Of a DNA stretch of 64,000 nucleotides, positions 38,610 through 49,125 are shown piece after piece. The stretch spans positions 773,326-837,325 of the forward strand of contig OZ245840.1 of assembly GCA_965228775.1 (NCBI GenBank). Reading direction: 5' to 3'. This DNA comes from Alphaproteobacteria bacterium. Its GTDB lineage: Bacteria > Pseudomonadota > Alphaproteobacteria > JANQMY01. The notes under the pieces are model-generated. The model saw only the letters and a list, made by a program, of their open reading frames with translations. It was not told where the DNA came from and did not search any database. Each line of letters opens with the position of its first letter. The first letter of the stretch is position 1. Made by a program: the position numbers and the translations under genes.

Positions 38610-38654
38610 TTTGTAATCAGGGGGTCGGGTGTTCAAGTCACCCAGCCGGCACCA
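38610..38654 (+). repeat. exact 45-nt direct repeat of tRNA-Thr 3' end (putative attR of island 1 / attL of island 2)
   Basis: TTTGTAATCAGGGGGTCGGGTGTTCAAGTCACCCAGCCGGCACCA is identical to 6965-7009. Confidence 0.8.
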
Positions 38655-38770
38655 CCCAATCTGGTATTCATTCTTGTCACTTGGTTTACGGGTTTGTACC
38701 GGGAGACCTAGAGCGCGATCAGGTTACCTTGAAAAATGATCAAGCGCAGCTCTTACATACGCGGTGGGAT

Positions 38771-40009
38771 TTAGAAGGCATACCGCAACGATAGTTCTGC
38801 AAAATCGTTATCCCGGAATTCGCCCAAGTCGGAACCGGTTTGACCGCCGAACAGGAAGACGCGGGCCGTGAGTGTAACCGCATCATTGAATTCGTAATCC
38901 GCGAAAGTCTCAATGGTATACTGACCTTCATTCGCGACTTGCCCCCGCACACCGGCTTCCGTTGCGTCATCAAAGAAGGAGTTCGTGATCGCGAATGTAC
39001 CGCCATAAGTATCGTCCGCATCGCCGAAGCGGTCGAAAAACAGTTGTACATTGATATAGAGGTCGGTGAGAAACGTCCTGTCCCATCCAACAATCACCTG
39101 GCTGAGGTCCGTGGTCCGGCCAAGACCTAAGGGGAAGTCTGGCGTGTAGGCAATTTCTCCACGCCATGTGCTCTTCGCCTGGCCAATCGCTGCGCCAAGA
39201 CTCATTGTCGTAAACCGCGCCGGGGTTAACCGGACAAGATCCGGTGTTTGCAACGACAAAAGCGGAAAATCCGAAAGGCCGTTGAAAACGGCGAAGCTCC
39301 AGTCGAATCCTTCACCAAATCGCAAGAACCGGAATCCACCTTCGTGAACTTTTGGATTTCCGATGTTTAATTCGAACGTGCCGGCGTCATCCGCGGTTCG
39401 CAGATCAGAAAGAAAACCAATCTCCCATGGGTTCCCCTGTTCCGGAATCTTGCGATCGCGCCCTATAGGCAGCCATACCCCCTCAAACACGCCAATGGAC
39501 GTTGTATGCTCAACGCGGGCGACCCAAGACGGCCTGCGCGCGGAGGTGCGCGCATTTCCGATAGGATCGCGGAAATCGACCGCGTTTACACGATCGATCG
39601 TGCTGCGTCCATCTGCCGTCCCCCATGGAATACGCTGACGGCCAAGCGTTATGTCCGTCGACGGACCATCGAAAACGCCATAAGCCTCGATGACCTCACC
39701 GCGAAAGGGACTGCGGTAATCCTCGGTCGCTTGATCATACTCACCATAAGCGCTGGTGAAGAAACGCCATTTGTCAGACTTAGAGGCATATTTGATTTCA
39801 AGCTGCCCCCTCTGCCGTATGGACAAGAATGAGTCCTGTTCGATGAAACGCTGATTTCGCGACTCGAAAAAACCAGACACACGCCACTGTCGTTCCTGAG
39901 ACGTTTCCGCCGACAGATCAAACGCAAATGGGTCCTCTTGAGCGAACAATGCAGGGCTGCCGCAAATAAGCCCTCCAACGAACCCCAACCATGTTATGAG
40001 CCCCCGCAC
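38771..40009 (-). CDS. outer-membrane beta-barrel protein (DUF1302-like)
   Basis: 412 aa. Signal peptide, alternating amphipathic beta pattern, C-terminal ...LSLRYAF ending in Phe (OMP signature). Adjacent to the LolA-like and RND genes. Confidence 0.4.
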   Translation of the reverse strand: MRGLITWLGFVGGLICGSPALFAQEDPFAFDLSAETSQERQWRVSGFFESRNQRFIEQDSFLSIRQRGQLEIKYASKSDKWRFFTSAYGEYDQATEDYRSPFRGEVIEAYGVFDGPSTDITLGRQRIPWGTADGRSTIDRVNAVDFRDPIGNARTSARRPSWVARVEHTTSIGVFEGVWLPIGRDRKIPEQGNPWEIGFLSDLRTADDAGTFELNIGNPKVHEGGFRFLRFGEGFDWSFAVFNGLSDFPLLSLQTPDLVRLTPARFTTMSLGAAIGQAKSTWRGEIAYTPDFPLGLGRTTDLSQVIVGWDRTFLTDLYINVQLFFDRFGDADDTYGGTFAITNSFFDDATEAGVRGQVANEGQYTIETFADYEFNDAVTLTARVFLFGGQTGSDLGEFRDNDFAELSLRYAF

Positions 40010-40017
40010 CCTCAGAC

Positions 40018-40788
40018 CTAACGCTTGAGCGCCCCTTGTTCGAACGCGTCATCGGACAGTCCGACATTGTAGTCTACGTTAAAGTATTGCATGCGGGTTT
40101 TGGATTTGCGGCGGGGCGTTTCCATGATCAGCTTCGTCGCTGTCCAAATACCATCGACGTTTTCGATACCCCCTTGAACCATGGTCTTCAGCAAACGATC
40201 ACGGCGATCGTAATATTCAATCCGCAAAGGCAACCAATACTCTTGATCGACCCACAATTTTCGCTTGGCATAGTTTGAGTCCGTTGCCTTGATCGGGATT
40301 GGAACGGACTCGATCACATAGACCGCCCGCTCCCCCACTGCGGCTTCCTCGACCAGCGTATGGATGTCGTCATCGACGGCCCGTTGCTCGATATCTTCAT
40401 TGGCAAAATCGCTGCGCATGAAAGACCCTTTCTTGCCGCCGCCGCTAATCCTTCGGACGAGGTTCTCCGTTGGAAAATACACCCAGAGGTCATCATCTTT
40501 TTCCGTGTCATCGTAGACCCAGGAAAGGTATTTCGTGTCCCGAACATCGGCGGGCTCATCGAAGGTAATAAGCGAGCGCTCATCGACACCGTATTTCTTA
40601 TTCTGCATGCGAAGTTTGCGGACAAGTTTCTGCCCCCCGCGCTCGATGACCATTGTGGCTTCTCTTTGTCCGTCGTCGGACGTATCCACGTCGTCCATCT
40701 TGACCGCAATGTCCCTGCCGGTGAGTGCCTGAGCTTGACTACTCAATGCAACACTTGCGACCAAAATAAGAGCCGTTACATGCTTCAT
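40018..40788 (-). CDS. outer membrane lipoprotein-sorting (LolA-like) family protein
   Basis: Probable start MKHVTALILVASVALSSQAQA (signal peptide). The ORF-track frame extends to 40863. LolA-like fold family often paired with MMPL/RND exporters. Confidence 0.45.
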   Translation of the reverse strand: MKHVTALILVASVALSSQAQALTGRDIAVKMDDVDTSDDGQREATMVIERGGQKLVRKLRMQNKKYGVDERSLITFDEPADVRDTKYLSWVYDDTEKDDDLWVYFPTENLVRRISGGGKKGSFMRSDFANEDIEQRAVDDDIHTLVEEAAVGERAVYVIESVPIPIKATDSNYAKRKLWVDQEYWLPLRIEYYDRRDRLLKTMVQGGIENVDGIWTATKLIMETPRRKSKTRMQYFNVDYNVGLSDDAFEQGALKR

Positions 40789-40799
40789 CTCTGAACTCC

Positions 40800-43205
40800 T
40801 TAAGTTGCGGCAAATGCCGGTTGTCCTGTGGATGCCTGTTCCGAACCAAGCGGCCTGAGCCACCGCAGCAGAACCGGAGCCAAAAGAAACTCCGCCAATA
40901 GCGCACTGCTGAATGCAATTGCAGAGGAAATTGCGAAGTTTCGAGGGCCGTCATAGATCGTATAGGTGAAGCCCATGAAGCCGAGCACCAGCACCATTGT
41001 GGTGAAAAGCAATGGACGCCCTACCGTCCGCATGGTTTCACGATAGGCCTTTTCGTAACTGCCGAACTGATCGAAATAGCGCCGGTAACGGACAAAGAAA
41101 TGCACTGTGTCATCTACGGCCACACCAAGGATCATTGGTGCCAAGACAAGCCCAACCATGTTCAGCTGAAATCCAAGAAGCCCCATCGCGCCAAGGGCGA
41201 AAAGCACCGGCAGCACATTTGGCACCATCGCAATGAGCCCTAAGCTCACTGAGCGAAGCGTTACGATCATGATAAGGGCAATAGCGATGAAGGCGAGCAT
41301 GAAACTTTGCCCCTGCCCCACCTTAATGAGCTCACCGAGGCCGCTCATCAGGCTAAGCGTGCCTGTGACCTTAACATCCACAGAGTTTACGCTGGACGCG
41401 ACATACGCTTCCACATCCGCCTCAAGTTCTTGAACCTGTGCAAGCGAGAGCGACTTTGTACGGGCTTGTATGCGCGCGCTGTCATAAGCAAAGCTGACAT
41501 ACTTCTCAAGCTGAGACCCGCCACCGCTTTCGTAGAGAAGCAAATACTCTGCAATCTGAGAGCTCTTTTCCGGAAGCCGATAGAAGTCCGGTTTGTTTTC
41601 ATAGACGGCGCGATGCATCTGCTTGATTTGATCAACAACGCTTGAGGTTTGGGTGACATAAGGATGATCTTCCAGAAACGCCTGCAAGCGTTCCAAGTCA
41701 CGCATCACCTCAATATCTTTGATGCCCCCTTCACGGCCGGTCTCAGCCACCAATTCCAGAGACATGGAGCCGCCCATCTGTTCGTCCACATACTCAAACG
41801 CCACGCGCATGGGATAGTCTTCCGGCAAATCTTGAATGGTGTTGGTCTCAATCTCGACGATGCTCAGGCCATAAGCCGCAGCGCTAATGGCAACCAAAAA
41901 CATGGCAGCGACGAGAGCTGGAAACCTCAGTGTAAATGCGGTCAACAAACCAAGCAGACGATCAAAAATATCTTCGCGGGGCACGGATCTGTCCACGACA
42001 ATTGCCTTGTCTTTTCCAAAAGAAAGCAATGGCACGGCAAAAATGAACGTCAGCAACAGCGCAACCCACACCCCGATGGCGGCCTGAACGCCAAGTTCCC
42101 TCAACGGAACCAAGTCCGTTGCGAGAAACGCCAAGAAACCGGCCGCCGTGGTAATGGTGGTCAACAAGATCGGTCCCGTTACCAGCGACATTGTGTGCCC
42201 CAATGCAGCCTTGCGCGACATCCCCTCATTGAGGCCCTGGCGGAATTCGGCGACCACGTGCATGGCGTCACCAATTCCCACACAGAGCAGCAAGGTGGGG
42301 ACAAGAATGACGAACAGGTTGAGAGTGAATCCGATATAAGCAACGATACCCATTGTCCAAATGACACTGAGGATAACCGTAAGCGCCGGCACCAACACTC
42401 CTGAAAAACTTCGTGTGGTGAATATCAGCATCACGGTCATACCGAGCAGCGCCAATGACATCCAACGCGGGGCCTCACGCGCCGTCTCCGTGTCCATTTC
42501 GAAATCCATGATTGGGCCACCGACCACATGGGTTTCAAGATCTGCAAAATCAGCGATAATTGCCTTTATGACAGGCGGGACATCTTTACGCGGATCAATG
42601 CCAAGTTCCGGGTAGTTCTCGAATTCAAGCAGTATGCCCGCCGTTCGCCGATCAGACGATACGAGGCGATCCCGATAGAGGGGGTCCGAAGTGGCTTTGC
42701 GGGCGATCTGGTCAAGTTCCGATTGTGGGAGGTCCAAATTCGGAATTAGGTCATCGATAACAATGCCACCCGGCACCCCTTCTATGGATTCCACATTCCC
42801 GATCCAGGTCATTTCGAGGAGATGTGGCGTTTCAAATTCGAGCCTGTCAGCAAGCTCACCGACACGCCTCAATGTCTGCGGCGCAAAAACATCTTCGAGA
42901 TCAATCAGAACAAAGACAAAGTCGTCGTTACCAAAGGTTTCCTTGAAGTCATCGAGGCGCGTTTTCGTATCGTCGCCGGACCGAAAGAACGTCTCATTTG
43001 AGTTGTCGATCCTAAGGTTTGGCAATTGGCTCGCCGCCAACGCTGTGGCTACGGCGACGACAAGCAAACTCAGAAAACGAATGCGAATGATAAAAGCAGT
43101 AAGTCCGGATGGCGCCATCATGCTTTGCGAGCCACGTGTCATACGTGGCGCCCCCTTTTTTGCTCTACGGAGAGCTTTATTTTCGTTAATGAGACGCATT
43201 TGCAT
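40800..43205 (-). CDS. RND-superfamily exporter (MMPL/COG1033-type)
   Basis: 801 aa with two blocks of ~6 TM helices, each preceded by a large periplasmic loop. The TM cores resemble the sterol-sensing/MMPL-like domains. Confidence 0.65.
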   Translation of the reverse strand: MQMRLINENKALRRAKKGAPRMTRGSQSMMAPSGLTAFIIRIRFLSLLVVAVATALAASQLPNLRIDNSNETFFRSGDDTKTRLDDFKETFGNDDFVFVLIDLEDVFAPQTLRRVGELADRLEFETPHLLEMTWIGNVESIEGVPGGIVIDDLIPNLDLPQSELDQIARKATSDPLYRDRLVSSDRRTAGILLEFENYPELGIDPRKDVPPVIKAIIADFADLETHVVGGPIMDFEMDTETAREAPRWMSLALLGMTVMLIFTTRSFSGVLVPALTVILSVIWTMGIVAYIGFTLNLFVILVPTLLLCVGIGDAMHVVAEFRQGLNEGMSRKAALGHTMSLVTGPILLTTITTAAGFLAFLATDLVPLRELGVQAAIGVWVALLLTFIFAVPLLSFGKDKAIVVDRSVPREDIFDRLLGLLTAFTLRFPALVAAMFLVAISAAAYGLSIVEIETNTIQDLPEDYPMRVAFEYVDEQMGGSMSLELVAETGREGGIKDIEVMRDLERLQAFLEDHPYVTQTSSVVDQIKQMHRAVYENKPDFYRLPEKSSQIAEYLLLYESGGGSQLEKYVSFAYDSARIQARTKSLSLAQVQELEADVEAYVASSVNSVDVKVTGTLSLMSGLGELIKVGQGQSFMLAFIAIALIMIVTLRSVSLGLIAMVPNVLPVLFALGAMGLLGFQLNMVGLVLAPMILGVAVDDTVHFFVRYRRYFDQFGSYEKAYRETMRTVGRPLLFTTMVLVLGFMGFTYTIYDGPRNFAISSAIAFSSALLAEFLLAPVLLRWLRPLGSEQASTGQPAFAAT

Positions 43206-43352
43206 CTAATCTTCGAAAAAATATACCGCCGTTCCAAAAATCCCCACACGATTTTCATCCCCACTTCAAAACAAAAACAGCGCGAATTATCTAAAAAAAC
43301 AAAAGCTTAGAGCTCTACCGAAGAGGCCTGAGCCATTTTGTATACGCGTATA

Positions 43353-44015
43353 CTATTTCCAATCCGGGATGCCGTCAAGCATGACTTTTAGGTTTTCCAC
43401 ATATCGCTCGCGCCCGCGATGATCCGGATTGGGCGCCTCTTCCATCAGCGCTTTCAATGTCGGATATCCTTCTGCATGGGTCATCATAAATTGCCGGGCC
43501 ACCGACGGACCGTCGCTTCGTGCCTCGACGTCCGTTAGTCCTTGATCAATCATCAGAGTGCCTACGGAAAACTTCCAAACCATGTTGTAGGCTTGGCTGG
43601 CCTTCTTCAAGGGCAGCCCCCCGTCTACAAACGCTTTGATGATTTCCTCCACGAACCAGAGGATCGACGGGCCGATGGACATTTCTTTTGCCAAAACCTC
43701 CTGTGCCCATGGGTTGGCGGCCAAGCAATCGTACAGCGCCAGCCAAAGCACGACCAACCGCTCTTTCGGATCGTCCGCAAGTTCGGGCTTTGGAATTTCT
43801 TTCGCCAATTCATCCAGCACAAGAACGATAAGGTGATCCATGCTTTCTACATGACGATAGATCGACATGGGAGAGCTACCGAGTTCTTCCGCTATACGCC
43901 TCATACTTAGCGACGTGCCGCCACTGGCTTCGAGAAGACGTTTAGCAACCGCAACAATGTCGTCACGGGACAACCGCGCGGGGCGACCGCGGGTGCTGGG
44001 CCGGGATTTTGTCAT
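43353..44015 (-). CDS. TetR/AcrR family transcriptional regulator
   Basis: 220 aa. N-terminal HTH LSMRRIAEELGSSPMSIYRHVESMDHL (TetR_N). Upstream of and co-directional with the RND module. Confidence 0.8.
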   Translation of the reverse strand: MTKSRPSTRGRPARLSRDDIVAVAKRLLEASGGTSLSMRRIAEELGSSPMSIYRHVESMDHLIVLVLDELAKEIPKPELADDPKERLVVLWLALYDCLAANPWAQEVLAKEMSIGPSILWFVEEIIKAFVDGGLPLKKASQAYNMVWKFSVGTLMIDQGLTDVEARSDGPSVARQFMMTHAEGYPTLKALMEEAPNPDHRGRERYVENLKVMLDGIPDWK

Positions 44016-44132
44016 TTAACGGATGTATCACGGCCAATCTTCAGGCGCAAAACTCAAGAGAGTCTTCACGTGATACTTGAGAAATGATTCTTAGGGCAGC
44101 CTGCTCCAAGGGAATACGTGCCCCCGAAAGGC

Positions 44133-44645
44133 TTAGGCACGCCCCATCGCCCGGACCGACGCAAGGTCTACGACCGCACCAGCCACTGAATTTGGTGCTG
44201 GTGTGGGAATATTCTCAGGTGCGCCAATCATCAGCCCACGCCTTAAATATGCATCCGCCAAATCGCTCGCAAGGCCCTGGAGCTGTGGTGTGATGTTCTT
44301 CGCAAACAGAAACCCCAAATAGGCGTCACGGCTTTCAATCTCGTCGGATTGAGCGGCATTGAGCGCACCCAACAATGCCCCTTCATCCGGGGTAACCCCA
44401 AGGGAGCCCGGTCTCGCTATGGTGACACGCCGTCCACCTTCATTTCCGAAAATCCGAGCCATGCCGAGCATTCGCCTCAATACGACTTCGCCCTGTTCCG
44501 TCCCGAAAATCCGCTCAAAGCCGCCTACGAGGCATCCGCATTGTGTGTGTCCCAAGGCACACGCCCGAAACCCCCACATTACGGTTGCTGCACCGAACCC
44601 CAAATTTGGCAAGCGCACGTTTCGCAAAAAATCAGCTTGAGACAT
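44133..44645 (-). CDS. hypothetical protein
   Basis: 170-aa ORF with coding-like composition. No recognisable motif. Confidence 0.25.
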   Translation of the reverse strand: MSQADFLRNVRLPNLGFGAATVMWGFRACALGHTQCGCLVGGFERIFGTEQGEVVLRRMLGMARIFGNEGGRRVTIARPGSLGVTPDEGALLGALNAAQSDEIESRDAYLGFLFAKNITPQLQGLASDLADAYLRRGLMIGAPENIPTPAPNSVAGAVVDLASVRAMGRA

Positions 44646-45227
44646 TGACCATCCTTATACTGAGAGAAAAAAGGGCTGCGGCACACGGTGCAAAGTCCGG
44701 GGAGGAATCGTCATATAGGAACATTTGCCGCCGCTGGCATTAAGGGAGCTGCCCAAGGCGCCACAGCCCAAGCTGAATTCAACTATTGCAAGGAATCTCG
44801 CGGTCCCAAACAAGCCAATTGGCTTTCGAGCCACTCGCGATGCGCATCGAGTTTTTCAATCGTCGTAACGCACCTATTCTCCGGAAACCGGATGAGTTCA
44901 GCACGCCAGCGATCAATTTCGCCGATCTGTTCATGTAGCCACCAAAGCGTTTGTGCTTGGGAACTTTGTCTGGACATACGTGTCTCCCGCAACTTGGTGA
45001 CGAGATCAACATATTTGATAATGAGTTGCAATAGCGATATGTGCCGTATCCCAGTTTCTGACTGCGGCAATCACGCACACCAATCAAAGCGACCTGAATT
45101 GTCGGGTTTTCTGCAGCCCTGACCTTGCCCATCGAAGGAGGAAACCCTAAATTCACCCCTGCTTTTGCAAATCATTTGCATATTTTGAGGCGGTCTCACC
45201 CCCGCCCTAGCCGATGCGAGGCCAGTC

Positions 45228-46100
45228 ATGAGTCGTTTCTGTTTCAGGCAATTGTTGATCGGCCTGGTGTTGTCAGCAGGTATCACATTCCCCGCGCTGG
45301 CCAAGGACCGCGTGGTCTCTCTCGGCGGGGACATTACCGAAATTATTTATTTGCTCGGCGAAGGAGACCGCATCGTCGCCACCGATTCAACCAGCGTCTA
45401 TCCCGAAGCTGCAACGAAAACGCCAAAAGTTGGCTATGTACGGCAGCTTTCGGCTGAGGGCGTTCTTTCCGCGGAACCAGATCTCATTCTTATCAGCGGA
45501 GCGGCGGGCCCGGAACCGGCTTTGCAGCAAATTCGCGACTCCGGCGTACAGATCGTCATTATGGAAACAAACTACACGCCTGACGCTATCCTTGAAAAAA
45601 CCCGGCGGGTCGCTGCCGCGTTGGGCGTGGCGGCGAAAGGGAACGCACTGATAGCGTCGATCTCTGCGGATTGGCAGCGTGCCAAACAAGAAATTAACGC
45701 TATGGACTTATCGCCGTCCGTCCTCTTCTTCGCCACCTTGCGTGAAGGCGCCCCTCGGGCGGCAGGCAAACAAACCGCCGCCCATGGCATCATTGAGATG
45801 ATTGGCGGAACAAATATTTTCGGAGGCCAGAACGGTTACCAGTCTTTGTCCCTCGAAGCCGCGGTGGCAGCCAATCCAGACATTATTCTTGTCATGAAAC
45901 ACAATGCCGACCAGATGGGCGGTATTGATAAGGTGAAGCTTCACCCGGCGATATCTCTCACAACGGCCGTTCAGAGCGGACAGATCTTTCTGGTCGACCA
46001 AGTGACCGTCATGCAGTTCGGCCCCCGGACACCTGGTGCGGTGGCCGACCTTGCCCGCGACATAAACGACAACTTGAAAAAATCGGGCGATGGCAGCTGA
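45228..46100 (+). CDS. hmuT: heme/siderophore-type ABC transporter periplasmic substrate-binding protein
   Basis: 290 aa. Signal peptide. DRVVSLGGDITEIIYLLGEGDRIVATD and later blocks typical of cluster A-II (BtuF/HmuT) binding proteins. Confidence 0.7.
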   Translation: MSRFCFRQLLIGLVLSAGITFPALAKDRVVSLGGDITEIIYLLGEGDRIVATDSTSVYPEAATKTPKVGYVRQLSAEGVLSAEPDLILISGAAGPEPALQQIRDSGVQIVIMETNYTPDAILEKTRRVAAALGVAAKGNALIASISADWQRAKQEINAMDLSPSVLFFATLREGAPRAAGKQTAAHGIIEMIGGTNIFGGQNGYQSLSLEAAVAANPDIILVMKHNADQMGGIDKVKLHPAISLTTAVQSGQIFLVDQVTVMQFGPRTPGAVADLARDINDNLKKSGDGS

Positions 46101-47190
46101 GACAGCCCTGCTGGCCGGAACCGGCCAGCTAAGGACAAAACGTCAACGTCAAGGACAAACGGTCCTTGTGGTTTGCGCCGCCTTGGCCTTGTTGGGATTT
46201 GTGTTGACCATCGTGATGGGGCCATTGGCGATTAGCACTTCGGACCTCTTGAGCGTGCTCGCCAAGAATCTTGGTTTGACGGACGCCAGCCATGTTTCAG
46301 CTGTTAAAGTCGGCGTGATTGAAAACATCCGTATGCCCCGTGCTCTCCTCGGTCTGCTGGTAGGCGCAGCATTGGGAACTGCAGGTGCCGCCATGCAAGG
46401 TTTCTTCAGAAACCCTTTAGCGGATCCAGGATTAATCGGGGTGTCATCCGGTGGCGCCCTCGCAGCGGTGGCCGTGATTGTTCTTGGCGGATCGGCCCTT
46501 GCCTCGGTTCTTAGTCTGCTGGGGTTATTCGCCATGCCTCTGGCCGCCTTTGCAGGCGCCTTGGTGACGGTGCTTTCAATCTACCGTCTATCGACCCATG
46601 ATGGCCGCGTTATCGTCGCCACCATGTTGCTCGCCGGCGTTGCGGCGAATGCTCTAGCGTTCTCCGGCATCGGCTATCTCACCTTTCTTGCCGATGACAC
46701 TCAATTGCGCGACTTAACTTTCTGGACGTTGGGCAGTCTCGGCGGAGCTGTCTGGGACCGCGTCTTGCCGGCGGTCTTGCTGATGATCATCTCTGTCGCA
46801 GGTTTGCTCACGCTCGCGCGTCCGATGAACTGCCTCCTCTTAGGTGAAGACGACGCCAAAACGCTGGGAGTGGACGTGGAAAGCGTGAAGCGGCGCGCGG
46901 CCCTTCTGACGGCCCTAGGTGTGGGCGCGGCAACCGCCGTATGCGGTATTATCAACTTTGTCGGACTGGTCGTTCCACACTTGGTTCGCCTTATGACGGG
47001 ACCGGATCACCGTTATGTTTTGCCCGGGTCTGCTCTTTTAGGCGGGGCGCTGGTTCTGTTTTCCGATCTCATCGCGCGACTTGCGGTTTCACCGGCAGAA
47101 CTCCCCCTTGGCGTCGTCACCGCGGCCCTCGGCGCGCCATTCTTTTTCTGGCTGCTCCTAAAAGACAAAAGACGGACCAATCTGGGATGA
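46090..47190 (+). CDS. hmuU: FecCD-family ABC transporter permease
   Basis: 366 aa. ~9-10 TM helices. Conserved FecCD motifs ([24 protein letters not shown]...LTAL). Confidence 0.8.
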   Translation: MAAETALLAGTGQLRTKRQRQGQTVLVVCAALALLGFVLTIVMGPLAISTSDLLSVLAKNLGLTDASHVSAVKVGVIENIRMPRALLGLLVGAALGTAGAAMQGFFRNPLADPGLIGVSSGGALAAVAVIVLGGSALASVLSLLGLFAMPLAAFAGALVTVLSIYRLSTHDGRVIVATMLLAGVAANALAFSGIGYLTFLADDTQLRDLTFWTLGSLGGAVWDRVLPAVLLMIISVAGLLTLARPMNCLLLGEDDAKTLGVDVESVKRRAALLTALGVGAATAVCGIINFVGLVVPHLVRLMTGPDHRYVLPGSALLGGALVLFSDLIARLAVSPAELPLGVVTAALGAPFFFWLLLKDKRRTNLG

Positions 47191-47945
47191 GTGTAGAGCT
47201 GAAAAGCGCAAGCGTCGTCCGTACAGGGAACGCTATTCTCGACCAGGCCTCCGTCCAGTGCGTCGCCAGTCAGTTCACGGCGCTTTGCGGCCCCAATGGC
47301 GCCGGAAAGACTACTGCTTTGTCTCTGATGACCGGCGCCTTTCCACCGGATCGGGGGGGCGTTTTCTTCCACGGTCAGAGCGTCAAAAACTATAAACCGA
47401 TTGACCTCGCGCGGCGGCGCGCCGTCGTCTCACAAGCGTCAGTATTGAATTTTCCGTTTCAGGTCCATGAAGTGGTGGCCATGGGCCGTACACCGCATCT
47501 AGGCATCAGTTCACTGACGGAAGATGCAGACATCATCTCTGAAGCTATCGCACTTATGGACCTGCAGCCCTTCGCGGAACGGAACTACCTTACCCTGTCC
47601 GGCGGCGAGCGCCAGCGGGTAAATATCGCCCGTGCGTTGGCGCAAGTTTGGGACGCGGACAAACGGCTGGGCCATCCACCCTGGCTTTTTCTGGACGAAC
47701 CGACGGCGGCGCTTGACCTAAAATACCAACTCGCCTTGATGGATCTGCTGCGGCGACTGGCCGCCTCGGGTTGGGGCATCGTAGCCGTCTTACACGACCT
47801 TCATTTGGTCAACACTCATGCCGACCATGTGGTCTTATTCAACTCCGGACGCATACACTCAGCGTCCACCCCCGCAGAAGCCCTTACACCCGAACGCATT
47901 CAGGAAGTTTACGCGTTAGAAGCCCCCTTCGCGCTCACGGCCTGA
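47187..47945 (+). CDS. hmuV: ABC transporter ATP-binding protein (heme/iron-complex import type)
   Basis: Start MSVELKS overlaps the hmuU stop (ATGA). Walker A GPNGAGKTT, signature LSGGERQRV, Walker B LFLDEPT. The ORF-track frame extends upstream to 46941. Confidence 0.8.
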   Translation: MSVELKSASVVRTGNAILDQASVQCVASQFTALCGPNGAGKTTALSLMTGAFPPDRGGVFFHGQSVKNYKPIDLARRRAVVSQASVLNFPFQVHEVVAMGRTPHLGISSLTEDADIISEAIALMDLQPFAERNYLTLSGGERQRVNIARALAQVWDADKRLGHPPWLFLDEPTAALDLKYQLALMDLLRRLAASGWGIVAVLHDLHLVNTHADHVVLFNSGRIHSASTPAEALTPERIQEVYALEAPFALTA

Positions 47946-47948
47946 GGT

Positions 47949-48590
47949 TCAGTTTTCGGGCACCCGCTGGACCATATCCAGCCAACGATACTGGTTCTCT
48001 AGATAGTCTAAATAGAATTTGCAAAGCTCTTCGTCAGTGTGGGACGGAACTTCGTCGCTAAACTGCCGCTCAAGTTGATCGACCGCCCCGTGCCAGCCAG
48101 CCGCGACGGAAGGCCAAACGGTTCCAGGCCCGGCAGGCTGGCGATCAAAAGCCGTCGGCTTTCCTTCAACAGCTTCGGATGCAAGAACATCGGGTCCAAA
48201 TGTGTCTATGAACACGAATGTCGTTTCATGGTTGCCACTGGCCAATAGCTCGAACCGCATTCCTCCAGTAGCCCGATAAGAACCTGTCGGTTCGGCAATA
48301 TCGATGTATTGAGGTGCCTGAAAACTCGTTATGGTGTTGTCCCAATGATGGCGAAAAAGGCCGCCAACTTTGAGTTCAAAAACACGGGGCGGCGCGACCC
48401 ACCATTTGTTCAGGCCTTCCTTGGTACTGATCAGAGGCCAGACGTGGTCAACCGGCGCCTGCAAGTAGCGGATCCAGACCATCGCATGCTCGGTTAGCAA
48501 ACGGCCGGCTCGGTCAAGACGTATCTGATTGTCCCCAGCCATCACCCCACCTCCATTGGGTCTGGCCCTCGGCACATATCCGGCGAACAA
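47949..48590 (-). CDS. SRPBCC/AHSA1-like domain protein
   Basis: 213-aa frame. VDHVWPLISTKEGLNKWW matches the SRPBCC (START/Bet v1-like) N-terminal helix pattern. Start probably internal (MAGDNQ...). Confidence 0.4.
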   Translation of the reverse strand: MFAGYVPRARPNGGGVMAGDNQIRLDRAGRLLTEHAMVWIRYLQAPVDHVWPLISTKEGLNKWWVAPPRVFELKVGGLFRHHWDNTITSFQAPQYIDIAEPTGSYRATGGMRFELLASGNHETTFVFIDTFGPDVLASEAVEGKPTAFDRQPAGPGTVWPSVAAGWHGAVDQLERQFSDEVPSHTDEELCKFYLDYLENQYRWLDMVQRVPEN

Positions 48591-48623
48591 CCAATACCCG
48601 ACCGCCGGCTGTAAACTCTCGGA

Positions 48624-48941
48624 CTAGCCTTTCGCCGAGTCCAATACGACGGTGAACCCCTCGAATTCAGGATGGCCGAGATAGAGCACCTTATTGTCGC
48701 CCGCATTGCGATGGGCAGCCCGAAATGCTTCGGATTTTGTCCAGTCCACAAACGCGTCCTCGGATTCCCAAATAGTATGTGAGGCATAAAGCGTGTGATC
48801 TTCATGCTTCGGTCCACGCACCAACTGAAATTCCTTGAACCCCGGCACTGCATCCAAGTGCGTATCACGGTCTGCCCAAACCTTCTCAAATGCCGCCTCA
48901 CTTCCGGGCACAATTTTGAATCGGTTCATCGCGATGTACAT
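48624..48941 (-). CDS. ABM-domain monooxygenase (IsdG/HmoB-like, putative heme-degrading)
   Basis: 105 aa. Ferredoxin-like ABM fold signature. Placement beside hmuTUV suggests a heme oxygenase role. Confidence 0.5.
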   Translation of the reverse strand: MYIAMNRFKIVPGSEAAFEKVWADRDTHLDAVPGFKEFQLVRGPKHEDHTLYASHTIWESEDAFVDWTKSEAFRAAHRNAGDNKVLYLGHPEFEGFTVVLDSAKG

Positions 48942-49125
48942 AGTAGTTTAGCCTTTCTACTTCTAATGAACTGCGGGATCGCTCGAAGCGCCCAATTCCC
49001 ATCAGTCTCACAAGACTCTTGCGAATGATTAGCATTATACGAAATGCACTTCAACCAAGGTTTGCGCTGGGTACAAGAGGCCCAAAGCGCCTTAATGCCA
49101 AACGCATAAAGCGAGACACTAGAGA

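Larger units (their letters stand above)
7010..38654. mobile_element. putative tRNA-Thr-associated genomic island 1 (integrase decayed)
   Basis: Bounded by the intact tRNA-Thr and an exact 45-nt direct repeat of its 3' end at 38610-38654. Contains an integrase N-terminal stub next to the tRNA, an IS3 transposase remnant, and lower-GC cargo (adhesin, Rhs toxin locus, T2SS). Confidence 0.5.
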
